Notes: generated by a model not told the origin, from the letters alone. A stretch of DNA of 64,000 bases from a virus (IMGVR_UViG_3300033150_000619); one strand, 5' to 3'. Shown: positions 1-9,979, numbered from the stretch's first letter. Numbers and translations are program-made.

Positions 1-400
1 GCAGGTCTATATGTCCTTTCCATATTCTAGAGTTATTGAAGATACCATCGATATAGGACGTAGCTACCCGTATCTCTTCCTTAGTATCACTGTATCTTTT
101 CTCTAGATCTTCCCAGGTAATATCCTCATTATCGAGGATATCATCTACCATAATGGCAAAGTCCTTCAGGTCCCACTCGTTGACGGAAGACCGATTCCTC
201 CTAGCTTCTATTATCCTATTGATTATCTGCTTGATCCTGGCTACCCTATATGAAGAGTAAACAATCTTCATATCCTCTAATAGGTCTTCCATCTCTTTGC
301 GTTGAGATATAGTTAGCTGATCCCAATAGAAGTCTCCTTGTATATCCCATATACTCCTATCCTTGACCAAACCGACTTCCCTCTTAGTAATATAGAACAT
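1..400 (-). CDS. hypothetical protein, N-terminal part (gene runs past window start)
   Basis: Minus-strand ORF with ATG at 400..398 (MFYITKREVGLVKDRSIWDIQGDFYWDQ...) open through position 1; no recognisable motif. Confidence 0.4.
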   Translation of the reverse strand, partial: MFYITKREVGLVKDRSIWDIQGDFYWDQLTISQRKEMEDLLEDMKIVYSSYRVARIKQIINRIIEARRNRSSVNEWDLKDFAIMVDDILDNEDITWEDLEKRYSDTKEEIRVATSYIDGIFNNSRIWKGHIDL

Positions 401-432
401 ATCTAGATCAACGTTTTAAGCCTTCATAGTGA

Positions 433-672
433 TCAATTAGTTAGCTTTGATCTAAGTCTATCCTTAGCTTTCTTATGTTTAGCAATCTCCATACCATCCC
501 AGTCTAATTTCTCTAGTTTAGATTTTAGACAGAAGAAATCACAGAAGTGCCACTGGAATGGATTATAGGTTCCCCTGAACTTGTAGGTTCCGTGTAGCTC
601 AATCCATAGCATCATATCTGGGATCAGCTCACCGCAATAATCACACCTAGTAATACCATCTTTAGTATACAT
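433..672 (-). CDS. small Cys-rich protein
   Basis: 79 aa with CDYCGE...HFCDFFC cysteine pairs; contains a 12/14 variant of the dispersed palindrome at 444-457. Confidence 0.4.
   Translation of the reverse strand: MYTKDGITRCDYCGELIPDMMLWIELHGTYKFRGTYNPFQWHFCDFFCLKSKLEKLDWDGMEIAKHKKAKDRLRSKLTN
444..457. repeat. dispersed palindrome variant gCTTtGATCTAAGT (12/14)
   Basis: Inside 433..672 (codes RLRSK). Confidence 0.75.
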
Positions 673-933
673 AGATTACACCAACAATACAGTGATCGAG
701 TTAGATAATGATAATAGTCTACCCTTGCATTTAGTCTATTAAGGTCAGCTATCTGATGTAGCATGAGACGATGATAGTTATTGGCTGACCAGTCAAACCT
801 CAGTCTTACCATCTCATTACCAGTTGGAGCGTTAGCTAACTTATCTATTAACTCCATCTCATAGAGATATTCTATTAATCCTAGCTTAGACAAGTTCCTT
901 CCTCTTTGTGACTTTGGGCTGGTTCGTCCACCA

Positions 934-1200
934 TTAGTCAAGCAGGAGTCTCACCCCCACTATAAAACTTATGAAAGCCAAGAAGAATAGAAAAGGCGAT
1001 GCAAAGAAAAATAGAACTGCAAGCACTATCTCCAGCATCGGCTTATCAAGGAGCTCTATAAGCGGTACACTTAGAGTCGGGAAAACAAATAGAGAGAACC
1101 ACCTATATCCAATGTATATCAATACTCCGGGAAAAGCTACTAGAAAACCAATAAGCCATGCCCACTTTACCCAATCAATCTTCACGTTTATCACCTCCAA
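934..1200 (-). CDS. small membrane protein
   Basis: 88 aa, two long hydrophobic stretches (LIGFLVAFPGVLIYIGY, LAVLFFFASPFLFFLAFISFIVG). Confidence 0.45.
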   Translation of the reverse strand: MEVINVKIDWVKWAWLIGFLVAFPGVLIYIGYRWFSLFVFPTLSVPLIELLDKPMLEIVLAVLFFFASPFLFFLAFISFIVGVRLLLD

Positions 1201-1226
1201 CTATCGTAAACCTTAACCTGTATGTT

Positions 1227-1559
1227 TTACAGATCATTCTTTGTCTCCTTAGCAGGCATGGGTTCACGGTACCTACAGTTGAAAACATTTCTAATATCTA
1301 AACACTCTCCCTTGCAATAATTATCACATCTAGGTGTTCCAACAAAACTACACCTATATGTCGTAAATTGCTTTGAACCATCACTACTCTGTATGACTCC
1401 CAAGATATCACTTATGGGTTCTGGCAATGGGATACCCATCTCGAAAGCTGCAGCATAGTTGACGTTAATTATACGTTCAATTCTCTTTAGTTTTTCTTCC
1501 GGTGTCATTCTTTTCATTTCTCCATCTCCATAGTAAACTTTGACGGGTTCTCTGGACAA
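1227..1559 (-). CDS. hypothetical protein
   Basis: 110 aa compact minus ORF, Cys-rich C-terminal half; no motif recognised. Confidence 0.4.
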   Translation of the reverse strand: MSREPVKVYYGDGEMKRMTPEEKLKRIERIINVNYAAAFEMGIPLPEPISDILGVIQSSDGSKQFTTYRCSFVGTPRCDNYCKGECLDIRNVFNCRYREPMPAKETKNDL

Positions 1560-1587
1560 TACTTCGGCAGGTAATGTTTTATCTTAT

Positions 1588-1929
1588 TCAAAGTCCTAAC
1601 CTCCTAACCTCCGGTATGTCACTCTCGTCTATGCACTTCCGTCTTTGTCGATGAGGATTTATTAAAGTCCATCTATTTATCATAGAGGTCTTCATAGAGA
1701 GGAGTCTAATCAGTACAGCAAACATATCTAGATGATGGAGAGGTTTCGCTGTAACCCTCTCTAAATCTTTGATTGTGAGCCTCCCCTCAAGTACAGCTCT
1801 ATATGATTGGTATTTGTCCGTCTCGACTACAATGTAGGTTGTATATCTACCGTAATCGTACAGTCCATTGCACAGATCATTAGCTTCTTGTACGACTGCG
1901 TCCCATCTGCGTTTATTGACTACTCCCAT
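1588..1929 (-). CDS. hypothetical protein
   Basis: 113 aa minus ORF packed between neighbouring genes. Confidence 0.4.
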   Translation of the reverse strand: MGVVNKRRWDAVVQEANDLCNGLYDYGRYTTYIVVETDKYQSYRAVLEGRLTIKDLERVTAKPLHHLDMFAVLIRLLSMKTSMINRWTLINPHRQRRKCIDESDIPEVRRLGL

Positions 1930-1999
1930 ATCCGTAGCACTCCCTAGGAAGTTAGCGACCTTGCGAGAAGGACTGAGGTAATGAGTAATGAATAGAGAC

Positions 2000-2308
2000 T
2001 TAGCTAATCTCTAACTCATTCATTACGTATGCGGTTCGTACTTCCGGATGCTCTTCGAATATCTCTTTCCAGAGCTTCTCTCTACCTTCAGGGGAGCCTA
2101 ATGAAACTATAAGCTCGTCCTGCAGGTCTTTGGGAAGATCTGACACTTCTTTCACTGCACATTCCTTGCAGACTATGAAGGGATGAATCATCTTCACCTT
2201 AACAAGATACTCGACTTCATCGTCGTCTATCTCGTACTCTTCTCCGCATATCTTGCATATCTTCTTCATTCGTGTTTCCTCTCTGTCCGTTGGACTATGA
2301 TAAATCAT
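2000..2308 (-). CDS. zinc-ribbon protein
   Basis: 102 aa with CKICGEEY ... CKECAVKE (two CxxC pairs). Confidence 0.45.
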   Translation of the reverse strand: MIYHSPTDREETRMKKICKICGEEYEIDDDEVEYLVKVKMIHPFIVCKECAVKEVSDLPKDLQDELIVSLGSPEGREKLWKEIFEEHPEVRTAYVMNELEIS

Positions 2309-2357
2309 CCCGAATCCGTAGCATAGTTAGCAGTTTATACGACTTCTAATTGTGCAA

Positions 2358-2888
2358 CTATGCTGCGGAGTCTGGAATGTCGCTACCACCGCTATATCCA
2401 TCTTCCTTCACTTCTGATATAGCCTTCATGATTTCCTGTATGTCTACCGGTCTATAATCCCAGACGTCTACCCCAACATTGACACAGACTTTGTCATGGG
2501 ACTTCCAGACTTTCCAATGGTCGTGTACATGACCACATATATTATGCTTGAACTTGAGGACTGGTCTATGCTGAATCCACCAGTCTACACCACCATACTC
2601 CATGACTATAGACTCTATGTTGGTACGAACTCCATTATTGTTATCATGATTACCTCTCAATATTACCTTGGTACCGTTTAGCTGACCGATATAATACTGA
2701 TAGTTCTTATGACCGCGAAAGAAACCAAAGTCTCCGACATGGATAACTATGTCGTCTGCCTTAACCCGTTCATTCCATCTCTTTATCAGGACGTTATCCA
2801 TTACATCTACATTCCTAAACGGTCTACTACAGTACTTGATTATATTAGAGTGGTTGAAATGATCATCACCTGTAAACCAGTACTTCAC
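2358..2888 (-). CDS. calcineurin-like metallophosphoesterase
   Basis: 176 aa with the ordered phosphoesterase motifs GDDHFNH, GDFGFF, GNHDNN, GHVHDH. Confidence 0.7.
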   Translation of the reverse strand: MKYWFTGDDHFNHSNIIKYCSRPFRNVDVMDNVLIKRWNERVKADDIVIHVGDFGFFRGHKNYQYYIGQLNGTKVILRGNHDNNNGVRTNIESIVMEYGGVDWWIQHRPVLKFKHNICGHVHDHWKVWKSHDKVCVNVGVDVWDYRPVDIQEIMKAISEVKEDGYSGGSDIPDSAA

Positions 2889-2903
2889 TCCGCCCTCCTC
2901 CTA

Positions 2904-3176
2904 CTATTCACTCAATCCACTCCACATAGCTCTCCAGTCTTCCCCACTCATCCATCCTAGACGGTAGTAGTTATTGATTATCTCATCTATTGCAAATGGA
3001 TTGACCCTGAGTTCAGCTATGTATAGATTGTCAACCTTAAGTTCAGCTATGTATAGATTGTCGAACCCAGTAAAGAATATTCTATGATTAATGTTGGAAT
3101 TGCAGGCTTCTAAGAAGCATATTCTAAGGTCTGGCATCGTAATTCTCCATTCCTTACCTCTATTTCTGGTATCCAT
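2904..3176 (-). CDS. hypothetical protein with internal 10-aa tandem repeat
   Basis: 90 aa; DNLYIAELKV/DNLYIAELRV encoded by an exact tandem DNA repeat. Confidence 0.35.
   Translation of the reverse strand: MDTRNRGKEWRITMPDLRICFLEACNSNINHRIFFTGFDNLYIAELKVDNLYIAELRVNPFAIDEIINNYYRLGWMSGEDWRAMWSGLSE
3011..3062. repeat. tandem direct repeat, 22-nt exact core with 30-nt period
   Basis: gttcagctatgtatagattgtc at 3011-3032 and again at 3041-3062; in-frame inside the 2904..3176 ORF. Confidence 0.9.
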
Positions 3177-3393
3177 GATTGTCCCTTAGACTGTTCTTCT
3201 AGATGCTGTACAATATTGTGATCTTTGCTCCAAAGATAGTGCCATATGGTATGATTTGTAATATTACCGTATATCACCTTCTCCATGTGGTGCTGAGTAC
3301 CGGGTATTGTTGGAAGAACACACTCTAATTCGTAGATCCTAACTCCATTCTTTAGAGGTGGAATATAAATATGCCATATATGGCGACCTAGTC

Positions 3394-3795
3394 TCAAACC
3401 CATTGCATCGGCATCCCATAGTCTGGGGTATAGCACCATATCATCGGATATAATCTGTCAGGGGTAGCCTTGAACATATTATGTGTACGTGTAACTCCTT
3501 CTATTACATAGTTACGGGCAATATTATGCGCTGCGCTCGCAGACATATTGGAATGTCCGCTACAGGACTTAATCGTAAGGTCGTAGATCAGTGGAGGATC
3601 ATCTCTCCATGCTGCCTCATTCTCAAACTCCTTGAACTTGTTGAGTAAGTAGAGATGAGTTACTATATAGAGTGCTGTGTAGTGTATACTCTTCTCGTAG
3701 ATACAGAACTTACCGAAACCAGACATCTCTATGACTTCTCTAGCGTTAATCTCTAACTCCCATATCTTTAGAGGATTGTGTCGTATTGAACTCAT
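3394..3795 (-). CDS. hypothetical protein
   Basis: 133 aa minus ORF; its start may be internal because it overlaps the 3110..3439 ORF. Confidence 0.35.
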   Translation of the reverse strand: MSSIRHNPLKIWELEINAREVIEMSGFGKFCIYEKSIHYTALYIVTHLYLLNKFKEFENEAAWRDDPPLIYDLTIKSCSGHSNMSASAAHNIARNYVIEGVTRTHNMFKATPDRLYPMIWCYTPDYGMPMQWV

Positions 3796-3940
3796 TTCTA
3801 TTTTAACAAGACCGCCTACAGCTGGCTATGAATATCATAGTTTTCTCGCACCCATTACGCAGGAAACAAGCCCATACGTTATGTCAGCGAATCGTAATGG
3901 GTGTATCGAGACTAGCATGGATAGGTGTATGACAGATGTA

Positions 3941-4306
3941 TTAGCTCTCAGGGAGAGATGATGCATCTATTGGATCCATACGTAGTGGTGCCGTCAGCAT
4001 TACAACTATCTTCTCAGGTGCAAGCCATTCATTGTAGACGCAAGACACCTTACCGACTATAGGAGCACCTGTATATGGATCCTTGAACCTGTTGTTGAAG
4101 TATCCAATTAGTTTCTTGTTGTCTCCCAAGAATAGGATGCTTGGGAACTCCATCATCTGTACTTTATGGCATTTCTGCTCCATAACAGGATTCTCTGCTA
4201 TCAGCGGGTGAGGCCAGTAGACGTCCACCATGACAGAGATTCTATCCCTTGGGTTGTAGTCTATCTCCTCAATCTTTGAGGACAGTTCCTCAACACTTAT
4301 GCTCAT
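3941..4306 (-). CDS. hypothetical protein
   Basis: 121 aa minus ORF, 6 nt from the next gene. Confidence 0.4.
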   Translation of the reverse strand: MSISVEELSSKIEEIDYNPRDRISVMVDVYWPHPLIAENPVMEQKCHKVQMMEFPSILFLGDNKKLIGYFNNRFKDPYTGAPIVGKVSCVYNEWLAPEKIVVMLTAPLRMDPIDASSLPES

Positions 4307-4312
4307 TCATTC

Positions 4313-4948
4313 TCACTCCGTAGTGACCTTGGCTATCTTAAATCCAACATTCAGACCTGCACTTCCACGTACTTTCTTCTTCTTACCAGTCATTCGGTCA
4401 ACACCTGGTACCTTCTTAACAGGAGGTACTCCATCTCTATAGAAATACTTATTCCCTCTTATAATCGAAAGGGTATACAAAGTATCTATTAAGAGACTAA
4501 GGTTGTACTTAGAGTTGTACTTGGTTAATTTCATCCTCTGTTTACATTTGGCTATGATATCCTCAGAGAAATCCATTATCAGTAATATATTCTTATGCCC
4601 TGAGTTATATGGATATAGATTATCGTAGTCATGTACCCTAGTATCAACTATGTCAGGGCTGTATACATCAAAGAAGAATCCTATTGTCTTGGTAAAAGTC
4701 CTGCCCATTATGGTCTTAGTGACAGGTATCCTAAAACTTACGTTATAGCAGTATTTGTCTATCTCATCTTTGTCTACCTTACCACGAGGGGTAATCCCAT
4801 CTAACAGGAACTGATAGGTCTTGTACTCTATGTCGCTAATCCTATCTTTTAGATGCTTAATCTGCTCCTTCCTATCATTTAGCCTCTTAGCTTCTTCCAG
4901 AATATCTCTTAGGACCTGTTTGTACTCCTCATTAGTTAGTTCTGACAT
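4313..4948 (-). CDS. hypothetical protein
   Basis: 211 aa minus ORF immediately downstream of the radical SAM gene; no motif. Confidence 0.45.
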   Translation of the reverse strand: MSELTNEEYKQVLRDILEEAKRLNDRKEQIKHLKDRISDIEYKTYQFLLDGITPRGKVDKDEIDKYCYNVSFRIPVTKTIMGRTFTKTIGFFFDVYSPDIVDTRVHDYDNLYPYNSGHKNILLIMDFSEDIIAKCKQRMKLTKYNSKYNLSLLIDTLYTLSIIRGNKYFYRDGVPPVKKVPGVDRMTGKKKKVRGSAGLNVGFKIAKVTTE

Positions 4949-4950
4949 TG

Positions 4951-5907
4951 TTATCCTCCGTTATCTATGTGTGTCTGCGATTGTAGAGGGGCATATGGAC
5001 ATTTATCAATAGCTGGTATATTATCCCATAATTCCAGTAAAGTCTTCTCTGTTAAGTTGCCCGATGGCTCCCTGACAAAAGAGCAGGGATAGATATCTCC
5101 TGTAGGAGATACGTCTATGAATGAGTATCCACCCTCGCACCTATCGAAAGTAAATCCATCTACTCCGACTGGTATCTTCCTTGAAACTGAGTTACCCTTC
5201 TCCATTATTTCGTCGTTGGGGATTACCTGATCTATATCTCCTATCACCGGTTTGTAGGCCAGCAACAGTAACTCCATCTTACCGTGGTGATTGTGTGTTA
5301 CTGCATTCATAGAATGAATATGTCTAACTATATCAGGAAACTGGTACATCTCATCCTTGCGGCATAAGAAGTTAATGCCAACATTCGTATAGTTCCTGAC
5401 TATGACAGACTTCCATCTGATGAAGTCCCAGTTATCGTGGACTGATAGATTAATCTGGTCAAACCACTTAAGTCTATCATCTGGTCTAATCTTTATTCCA
5501 TTGGTGGTCATACCTAAGTTCATCTTAGCCTTGGTCTTGACATACTTAGCTAATTCATATAAGTCGTCTCTTAGAGTAGGTTCCCCACCACCGAAGGTAA
5601 CCTGTAGGACACCGGACTTAGATAAGTCCTTAATTACTCGTTTCCATGTTAGTGTGTCTAACTCTGACTTTGGGTCTCCAGACGCATAGCAGTAGTGACA
5701 TCGAGGATCCATGTTACAGCGACTGGTAAGTTCTAAGTGAACTATCTTAGGAGCCATAATTCCTTTCTTAGACTCGGGAAAGTCTTCACTATATCCCAAG
5801 GTCCTACGAGTTTCCTCTTTATCTAATTCTACAGTCGTAGCTGAATCCTGTAGATATATTATTGATCCAAATGGTTCTATCCTAATCTTTGCCTTCAAAT
5901 CTATCAC
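4951..5907 (-). CDS. radical SAM enzyme with Cys-rich C-terminal (twitch/SPASM-like) region
   Basis: 318 aa; cluster CNMDPRCHYC has unusual CX5CX2C spacing; GGGEPTL SAM-binding glycine motif; C-terminal CEGGYSF...GDIYPCSF...C cysteines. Confidence 0.75.
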   Translation of the reverse strand: MIDLKAKIRIEPFGSIIYLQDSATTVELDKEETRRTLGYSEDFPESKKGIMAPKIVHLELTSRCNMDPRCHYCYASGDPKSELDTLTWKRVIKDLSKSGVLQVTFGGGEPTLRDDLYELAKYVKTKAKMNLGMTTNGIKIRPDDRLKWFDQINLSVHDNWDFIRWKSVIVRNYTNVGINFLCRKDEMYQFPDIVRHIHSMNAVTHNHHGKMELLLLAYKPVIGDIDQVIPNDEIMEKGNSVSRKIPVGVDGFTFDRCEGGYSFIDVSPTGDIYPCSFVREPSGNLTEKTLLELWDNIPAIDKCPYAPLQSQTHIDNGG

Positions 5908-6130
5908 ATATCTTATTTAATGCCTCAGCTAGTTCTGCTGAACTAATTAGCTCAAAGCCATCTGCTACTATATGTAGAAAGGCTACATAGTCATCATACG
6001 CCTGGTTGTAGCGTTCACGAGTAGGATAGCTGGTCTTGAGAATCCAATTATAATTCTCTGGGTATAGAAGCTCCAAGTACTTAACTAGTAACTTAGTCAT
6101 TTGTACACCTACGGATAGCTTCCTACGCAA
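5882..6130 (-). CDS. hypothetical protein
   Basis: 82 aa minus ORF. Confidence 0.35.
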   Translation of the reverse strand: MRRKLSVGVQMTKLLVKYLELLYPENYNWILKTSYPTRERYNQAYDDYVAFLHIVADGFELISSAELAEALNKICDRFEGKD

Positions 6131-6145
6131 CTTGGGTGAAGGCTA

Positions 6146-6607
6146 TCACAGAAACTCGTCAGATACAAGTATGGGTGCGAACTGCGTAATCATTTGTTCT
6201 GCTTTCTCTCTAAGTTCCTCGAATTCCTTATCCTGTTGTTCTCGAGTTGTTGTATCTATGCCACACTTGATCATCTCTAAGAATTCAACAGGGTGTTCAA
6301 TCAAATAGGCTTGTATTCTATCTCTACGGTCACCCATGCCTGGCTCAAAGTAAATAGACCAAGAGTCAGGTGCCCACCTGGGCTTGTTAGATATCATTAT
6401 TGATGTCTTGAAGCCACTGCTGGGAAAGTACCATCTCTTAAAGTACTTACCGAACTGTTCTAGTATAGCCTCTTTCTCTATGGACTTAGACAGACTCTCC
6501 CTAGTGGAGGTTGCTTCTATAGCATCTACCTCTAACCACTTAGATCTAAGTCTTGTTAGATGCTCCAAGCACCACTCGAAGTCAGAAAGGTCTTCCAAAT
6601 CTACCAC
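6146..6607 (-). CDS. hypothetical protein
   Basis: 153 aa; contains palindrome copy at 6538-6551 encoding TRLRSKW. Confidence 0.4.
   Translation of the reverse strand: MVDLEDLSDFEWCLEHLTRLRSKWLEVDAIEATSTRESLSKSIEKEAILEQFGKYFKRWYFPSSGFKTSIMISNKPRWAPDSWSIYFEPGMGDRRDRIQAYLIEHPVEFLEMIKCGIDTTTREQQDKEFEELREKAEQMITQFAPILVSDEFL
6538..6551. repeat. dispersed palindrome ACTTAGATCTAAGT copy
   Basis: Exact 14-mer; inside 6146..6607 (codes LRSK). Confidence 0.95.
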
Positions 6608-7949
6608 GTTCCTTTGATGTATCTTCTAACCTCACCCATGTACCGAAGGGTGGGTCGCTGTTGTTTGCATTAGCACAGAGAATCCACAGTGTGTGGAAGT
6701 TATATCTGGACTTGTCGAGATAGTCTTGGTCCCCGTATAGGTCTGTCATGTATATCAGCAGCTTGCACTTAGGATAGTTTTCCTTGATGTGTTCGAAAAC
6801 TGGCTTAAACAGTGTACCACCGTATCCTCTACCTCTCATCTTACGAGGGTCGAATCCGTGATCAAAGTTATCCACCGTCTGTACTTCAGCATCACAGGTT
6901 ATTATTGTAAACTTGATCCTACCTTTGTATTGGTTGTCAAGCCCCACTATCTCAGAGATGAATTCCTTGTATTCATGGTCAGAAATAGAACCAGAGGTAT
7001 CTATGCCTACGAATACCTCTATCTCCTCTTTCTTTAGGTTCGGTATATAGAATCCTGCCTGTTGTGATCTCTTATTTGGCTTGAAGTATGTGTAGTCTTT
7101 AGGCAGAGTCGCCTGTACAAACTTCTTCACTATAGATTGCCATGGTACCTGTGACTCTGTCAATCCGTCAATAATCCTCTCCATACCGAGAGGAGCTTTG
7201 CCTTGTTGCTTGGCGTAGTTGTATGCTTCCTTTAGTACCTTATCCCAGTGAGGTTGTTGTTTTTCGTCTCCCTCTCCAAAGCCATATCCGTAGTTCTTTG
7301 AGCCATCGCCTTGCTGTGATGTCTTCTTACCTGTACCGTTGCACTGTTGGCATTTTTGCTGTGTCTTAGGATCTCTGCCGGTACCTTTACAGTTATCGCA
7401 CTGGTCGCTTTCTCCATCTCCCTGTTGGTTGTCAACGTCGATATAGATGTGCACATCTATCTGTCCCTCTCTCATTCCATCGAGCTGAGACTGTGATAGA
7501 GTTTGTAGATCTTCGTATACCTCTTCAGCGTACCAATCTCTGTACTTTGTATCATGAAGCCAGTTATTCGGTATATGGAAGTTGTTCTGCTTTAGAATCT
7601 CGTTGATAACCAAGTCAGCAGAGTAATTCCACATATCTTCATCCCTCGACATCTTACGATCAAGATGTAGAAGGACTGCATGATGTACTTCATGACATAT
7701 CACTGACAGTAATTCCTCTAAGCTCAATGAGTCTACGAAGTCAGGTGAGTAGAACAGTCTACCCCACTTATCCACGCCCATTGTTGGAACTAACTTCATC
7801 AGGAACTCGTTATCTGCCTCAATAAACCTGAGATGCAGAACAAGCGTCCCGAAGAAGGGTCTCTCCTTAAGAAGAATTACCCTAGCCTTCATCAGCTTCT
7901 CTAGAGGTGTTAGTTTCCTTAGTCTAAACTTCTTTATCTGTGACAACAC
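6582..7949 (-). CDS. VWA-domain protein with N-terminal HExxH metallopeptidase-like domain (partner of MoxR-type ATPase)
   Basis: 455 aa; CHEVHHAVLLH zinc-binding motif in N-terminal half; central Gln/Cys-rich linker; C-terminal VGIDTSGSISD MIDAS motif of a VWA domain. Confidence 0.7.
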   Translation of the reverse strand: MLSQIKKFRLRKLTPLEKLMKARVILLKERPFFGTLVLHLRFIEADNEFLMKLVPTMGVDKWGRLFYSPDFVDSLSLEELLSVICHEVHHAVLLHLDRKMSRDEDMWNYSADLVINEILKQNNFHIPNNWLHDTKYRDWYAEEVYEDLQTLSQSQLDGMREGQIDVHIYIDVDNQQGDGESDQCDNCKGTGRDPKTQQKCQQCNGTGKKTSQQGDGSKNYGYGFGEGDEKQQPHWDKVLKEAYNYAKQQGKAPLGMERIIDGLTESQVPWQSIVKKFVQATLPKDYTYFKPNKRSQQAGFYIPNLKKEEIEVFVGIDTSGSISDHEYKEFISEIVGLDNQYKGRIKFTIITCDAEVQTVDNFDHGFDPRKMRGRGYGGTLFKPVFEHIKENYPKCKLLIYMTDLYGDQDYLDKSRYNFHTLWILCANANNSDPPFGTWVRLEDTSKERGRFGRPF

Positions 7950-8233
7950 GTCACCCGCTCATTGTTTTTAGGGTCGGGTCTCCGGTAGTGAGCCGGAATA
8001 TAAAAGAAGTATGCTTACTCAGATAACCACTTTCGTACATTGGCAATTACAGCTATCAACTCATCTATCAGTTCTTCTGGATCATAATACTCGTCATTGA
8101 ACATTAAGTTCACTTTAACTTCTGACTTGTTGAATGGTTCGTTTTCATACTCATATGCTTGAACACTCATCATATGCGTCCGTGCAGCTACGTGTACTCT
8201 TACACCTTTCCGTTCCTCTATTTCCACTATCGT

Positions 8234-8545
8234 TTACTTCCTAAACAGTTCCCAGTAGACTGCATCCTCTGTCGAGTTTGCGTATAATAATAAATACACT
8301 ATAGTACCATGTCTCCAAGTCCGTATAGTATTAACATCAGATATACCTCCCCCAAGTGGATCCTTACCACCATCCTCGTTAATGATGGACTCAAGATTCT
8401 TAACCATCAGTCTTAGGTACGGATAGGCTGTCCATCGATGATTCGATACTACTATTATATGGTAAGTTGCTGTCCCATAGTAGCTCAGGAATCTTCTTAT
8501 TGATTCAACGGACTTATCGGGAATAAAGAAGGGATATTGTTCCAA
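8234..8545 (-). CDS. hypothetical protein
   Basis: 103 aa minus ORF between the AAA ATPase and VWA genes. Confidence 0.35.
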   Translation of the reverse strand: MEQYPFFIPDKSVESIRRFLSYYGTATYHIIVVSNHRWTAYPYLRLMVKNLESIINEDGGKDPLGGGISDVNTIRTWRHGTIVYLLLYANSTEDAVYWELFRK

Positions 8546-8551
8546 GGCAGG

Positions 8552-9979
8552 CTAACTAAACTCCTTCCCCACGAACAGGACCAGGTTATCAGATATCTGA
8601 TGGAATATCTTGTTCCTTGATATCCTATTCTTTAAGTTGGGATCTACTGCCCTGAGCATAGTCAAGAACACTACTGCCATCTCTGACCTAGCTGCCTCAT
8701 CCGTTGTTAATCTGAGACAGAACTGAAGGCAGGGATTTAGTATCTTATTGTCGTATTTGCTGGCTCTGTATCTCTCTGCTAGTGCAGAAAGGAGTGTCCA
8801 TACGATGCTGGTGTTTCTAAAGTCTATCCGCGTTCCCATTGGATCCTTGAGATAGCTTTCTATCGGTGGAAGCTGTTCTCTCATCTGTATGAAGTTGTGG
8901 AATTCGTTAGCTACTTCCAGTCCGACAGCCGTCGAAACCATCAGCCTAACCATGTTCAGATCGTCCGTACCTATCTCATTCAGTATATCAGATACAAACT
9001 CCCATGTCCTTGGAGTTGGTTGTGCGTCGACACCCATTGCATTTGGATCGAACTGATTCAGTGCTACAGCCTTAAAGTTTATGTAGCCAATAACCCATGG
9101 ATGAATACCAGCCGTTCCTGCCCATTCAGTCCATGCCTCTACTGATGGACTTCTTAGTGTCACCCACAGGAACCTAGATTTGAGAGGACTGGGCATAGGC
9201 GTCACACTTGCCATATCCTCCATCCTGTTACCGGCCGCAAAGATACTGTAGCCCTTTGGAACTCTGTACTCACCTAGACATCTTCTGAGTATTAGCTGGT
9301 ATGCAGCCTTTAGATTTAGCTCTGCAGCCAGATTCATTTCATCTAAGAAGATAATGCCACTTCCTGCAACTGGCAGGTCCGACGGTGGTGACCATCGCGT
9401 AACAAGCTCAATTATCTCTGCGTCTGGATACTGCTGTAGGACAGACACAGGAACTTTGAGTATCTTGTGCCTCTTTATCTGTTCTCCATCTTTGTCAGGG
9501 GGAAGTTTAGGAATGGTCTTAACCTCGTACTCCTTATGTTCTCCAGGTGTGTGGAGTTCTGGATTCTTTTCGACCTCGACACTTTCGAACTCGTCCTCGT
9601 CTATTGCAATAGGAACCTCCTCTATCAGACCGTCATTGGTCTTTATGAGTGCATACACCCATGGTATACCTCTCAGATCTGAAGGGTCTAATTGTGCTAG
9701 ACGTAGGTCAATGAGAACGAATTTGGTTGGGTCGTTGATGGCTGATGGATTGTCTTTGTACTCCACGTATTCCAGCCCAGCCTCTTCTGCAAGTTTCATT
9801 GCTACCTGCCTAACGAGGTCGGACTTTCCTATTGCTGGTGGTCCCTTGATAAACAAAGGTCTCTGTATCTGGTGGCAGACCCTTATTATCATAGAGCACT
9901 CTTCGTGGGAGACAGTCCTAGCCATATTCCCTAGGATACTTTGCTCGGAAGTACCACTACTTCTTCTTCTAGAAGACAT
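8552..9979 (-). CDS. AAA_5/MoxR-like ATPase
   Basis: 475 aa; Walker A GPPAIGKSD, Walker B IIFLDEMN followed by AAGN sensor, the typical AAA_5 arrangement; GGAG Shine-Dalgarno 7 nt upstream of ATG. Confidence 0.75.
   Translation of the reverse strand: MSSRRRSSGTSEQSILGNMARTVSHEECSMIIRVCHQIQRPLFIKGPPAIGKSDLVRQVAMKLAEEAGLEYVEYKDNPSAINDPTKFVLIDLRLAQLDPSDLRGIPWVYALIKTNDGLIEEVPIAIDEDEFESVEVEKNPELHTPGEHKEYEVKTIPKLPPDKDGEQIKRHKILKVPVSVLQQYPDAEIIELVTRWSPPSDLPVAGSGIIFLDEMNLAAELNLKAAYQLILRRCLGEYRVPKGYSIFAAGNRMEDMASVTPMPSPLKSRFLWVTLRSPSVEAWTEWAGTAGIHPWVIGYINFKAVALNQFDPNAMGVDAQPTPRTWEFVSDILNEIGTDDLNMVRLMVSTAVGLEVANEFHNFIQMREQLPPIESYLKDPMGTRIDFRNTSIVWTLLSALAERYRASKYDNKILNPCLQFCLRLTTDEAARSEMAVVFLTMLRAVDPNLKNRISRNKIFHQISDNLVLFVGKEFS

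Noticed and set aside
4951-5907. Radical SAM as the NrdG activase of the anaerobic RNR
   Set aside because: 318 aa (NrdG is about 150-250 aa), CX5CX2C instead of the NrdG-type CX3CX2C, extra C-terminal Cys-rich domain, and 43 kb from nrdD.
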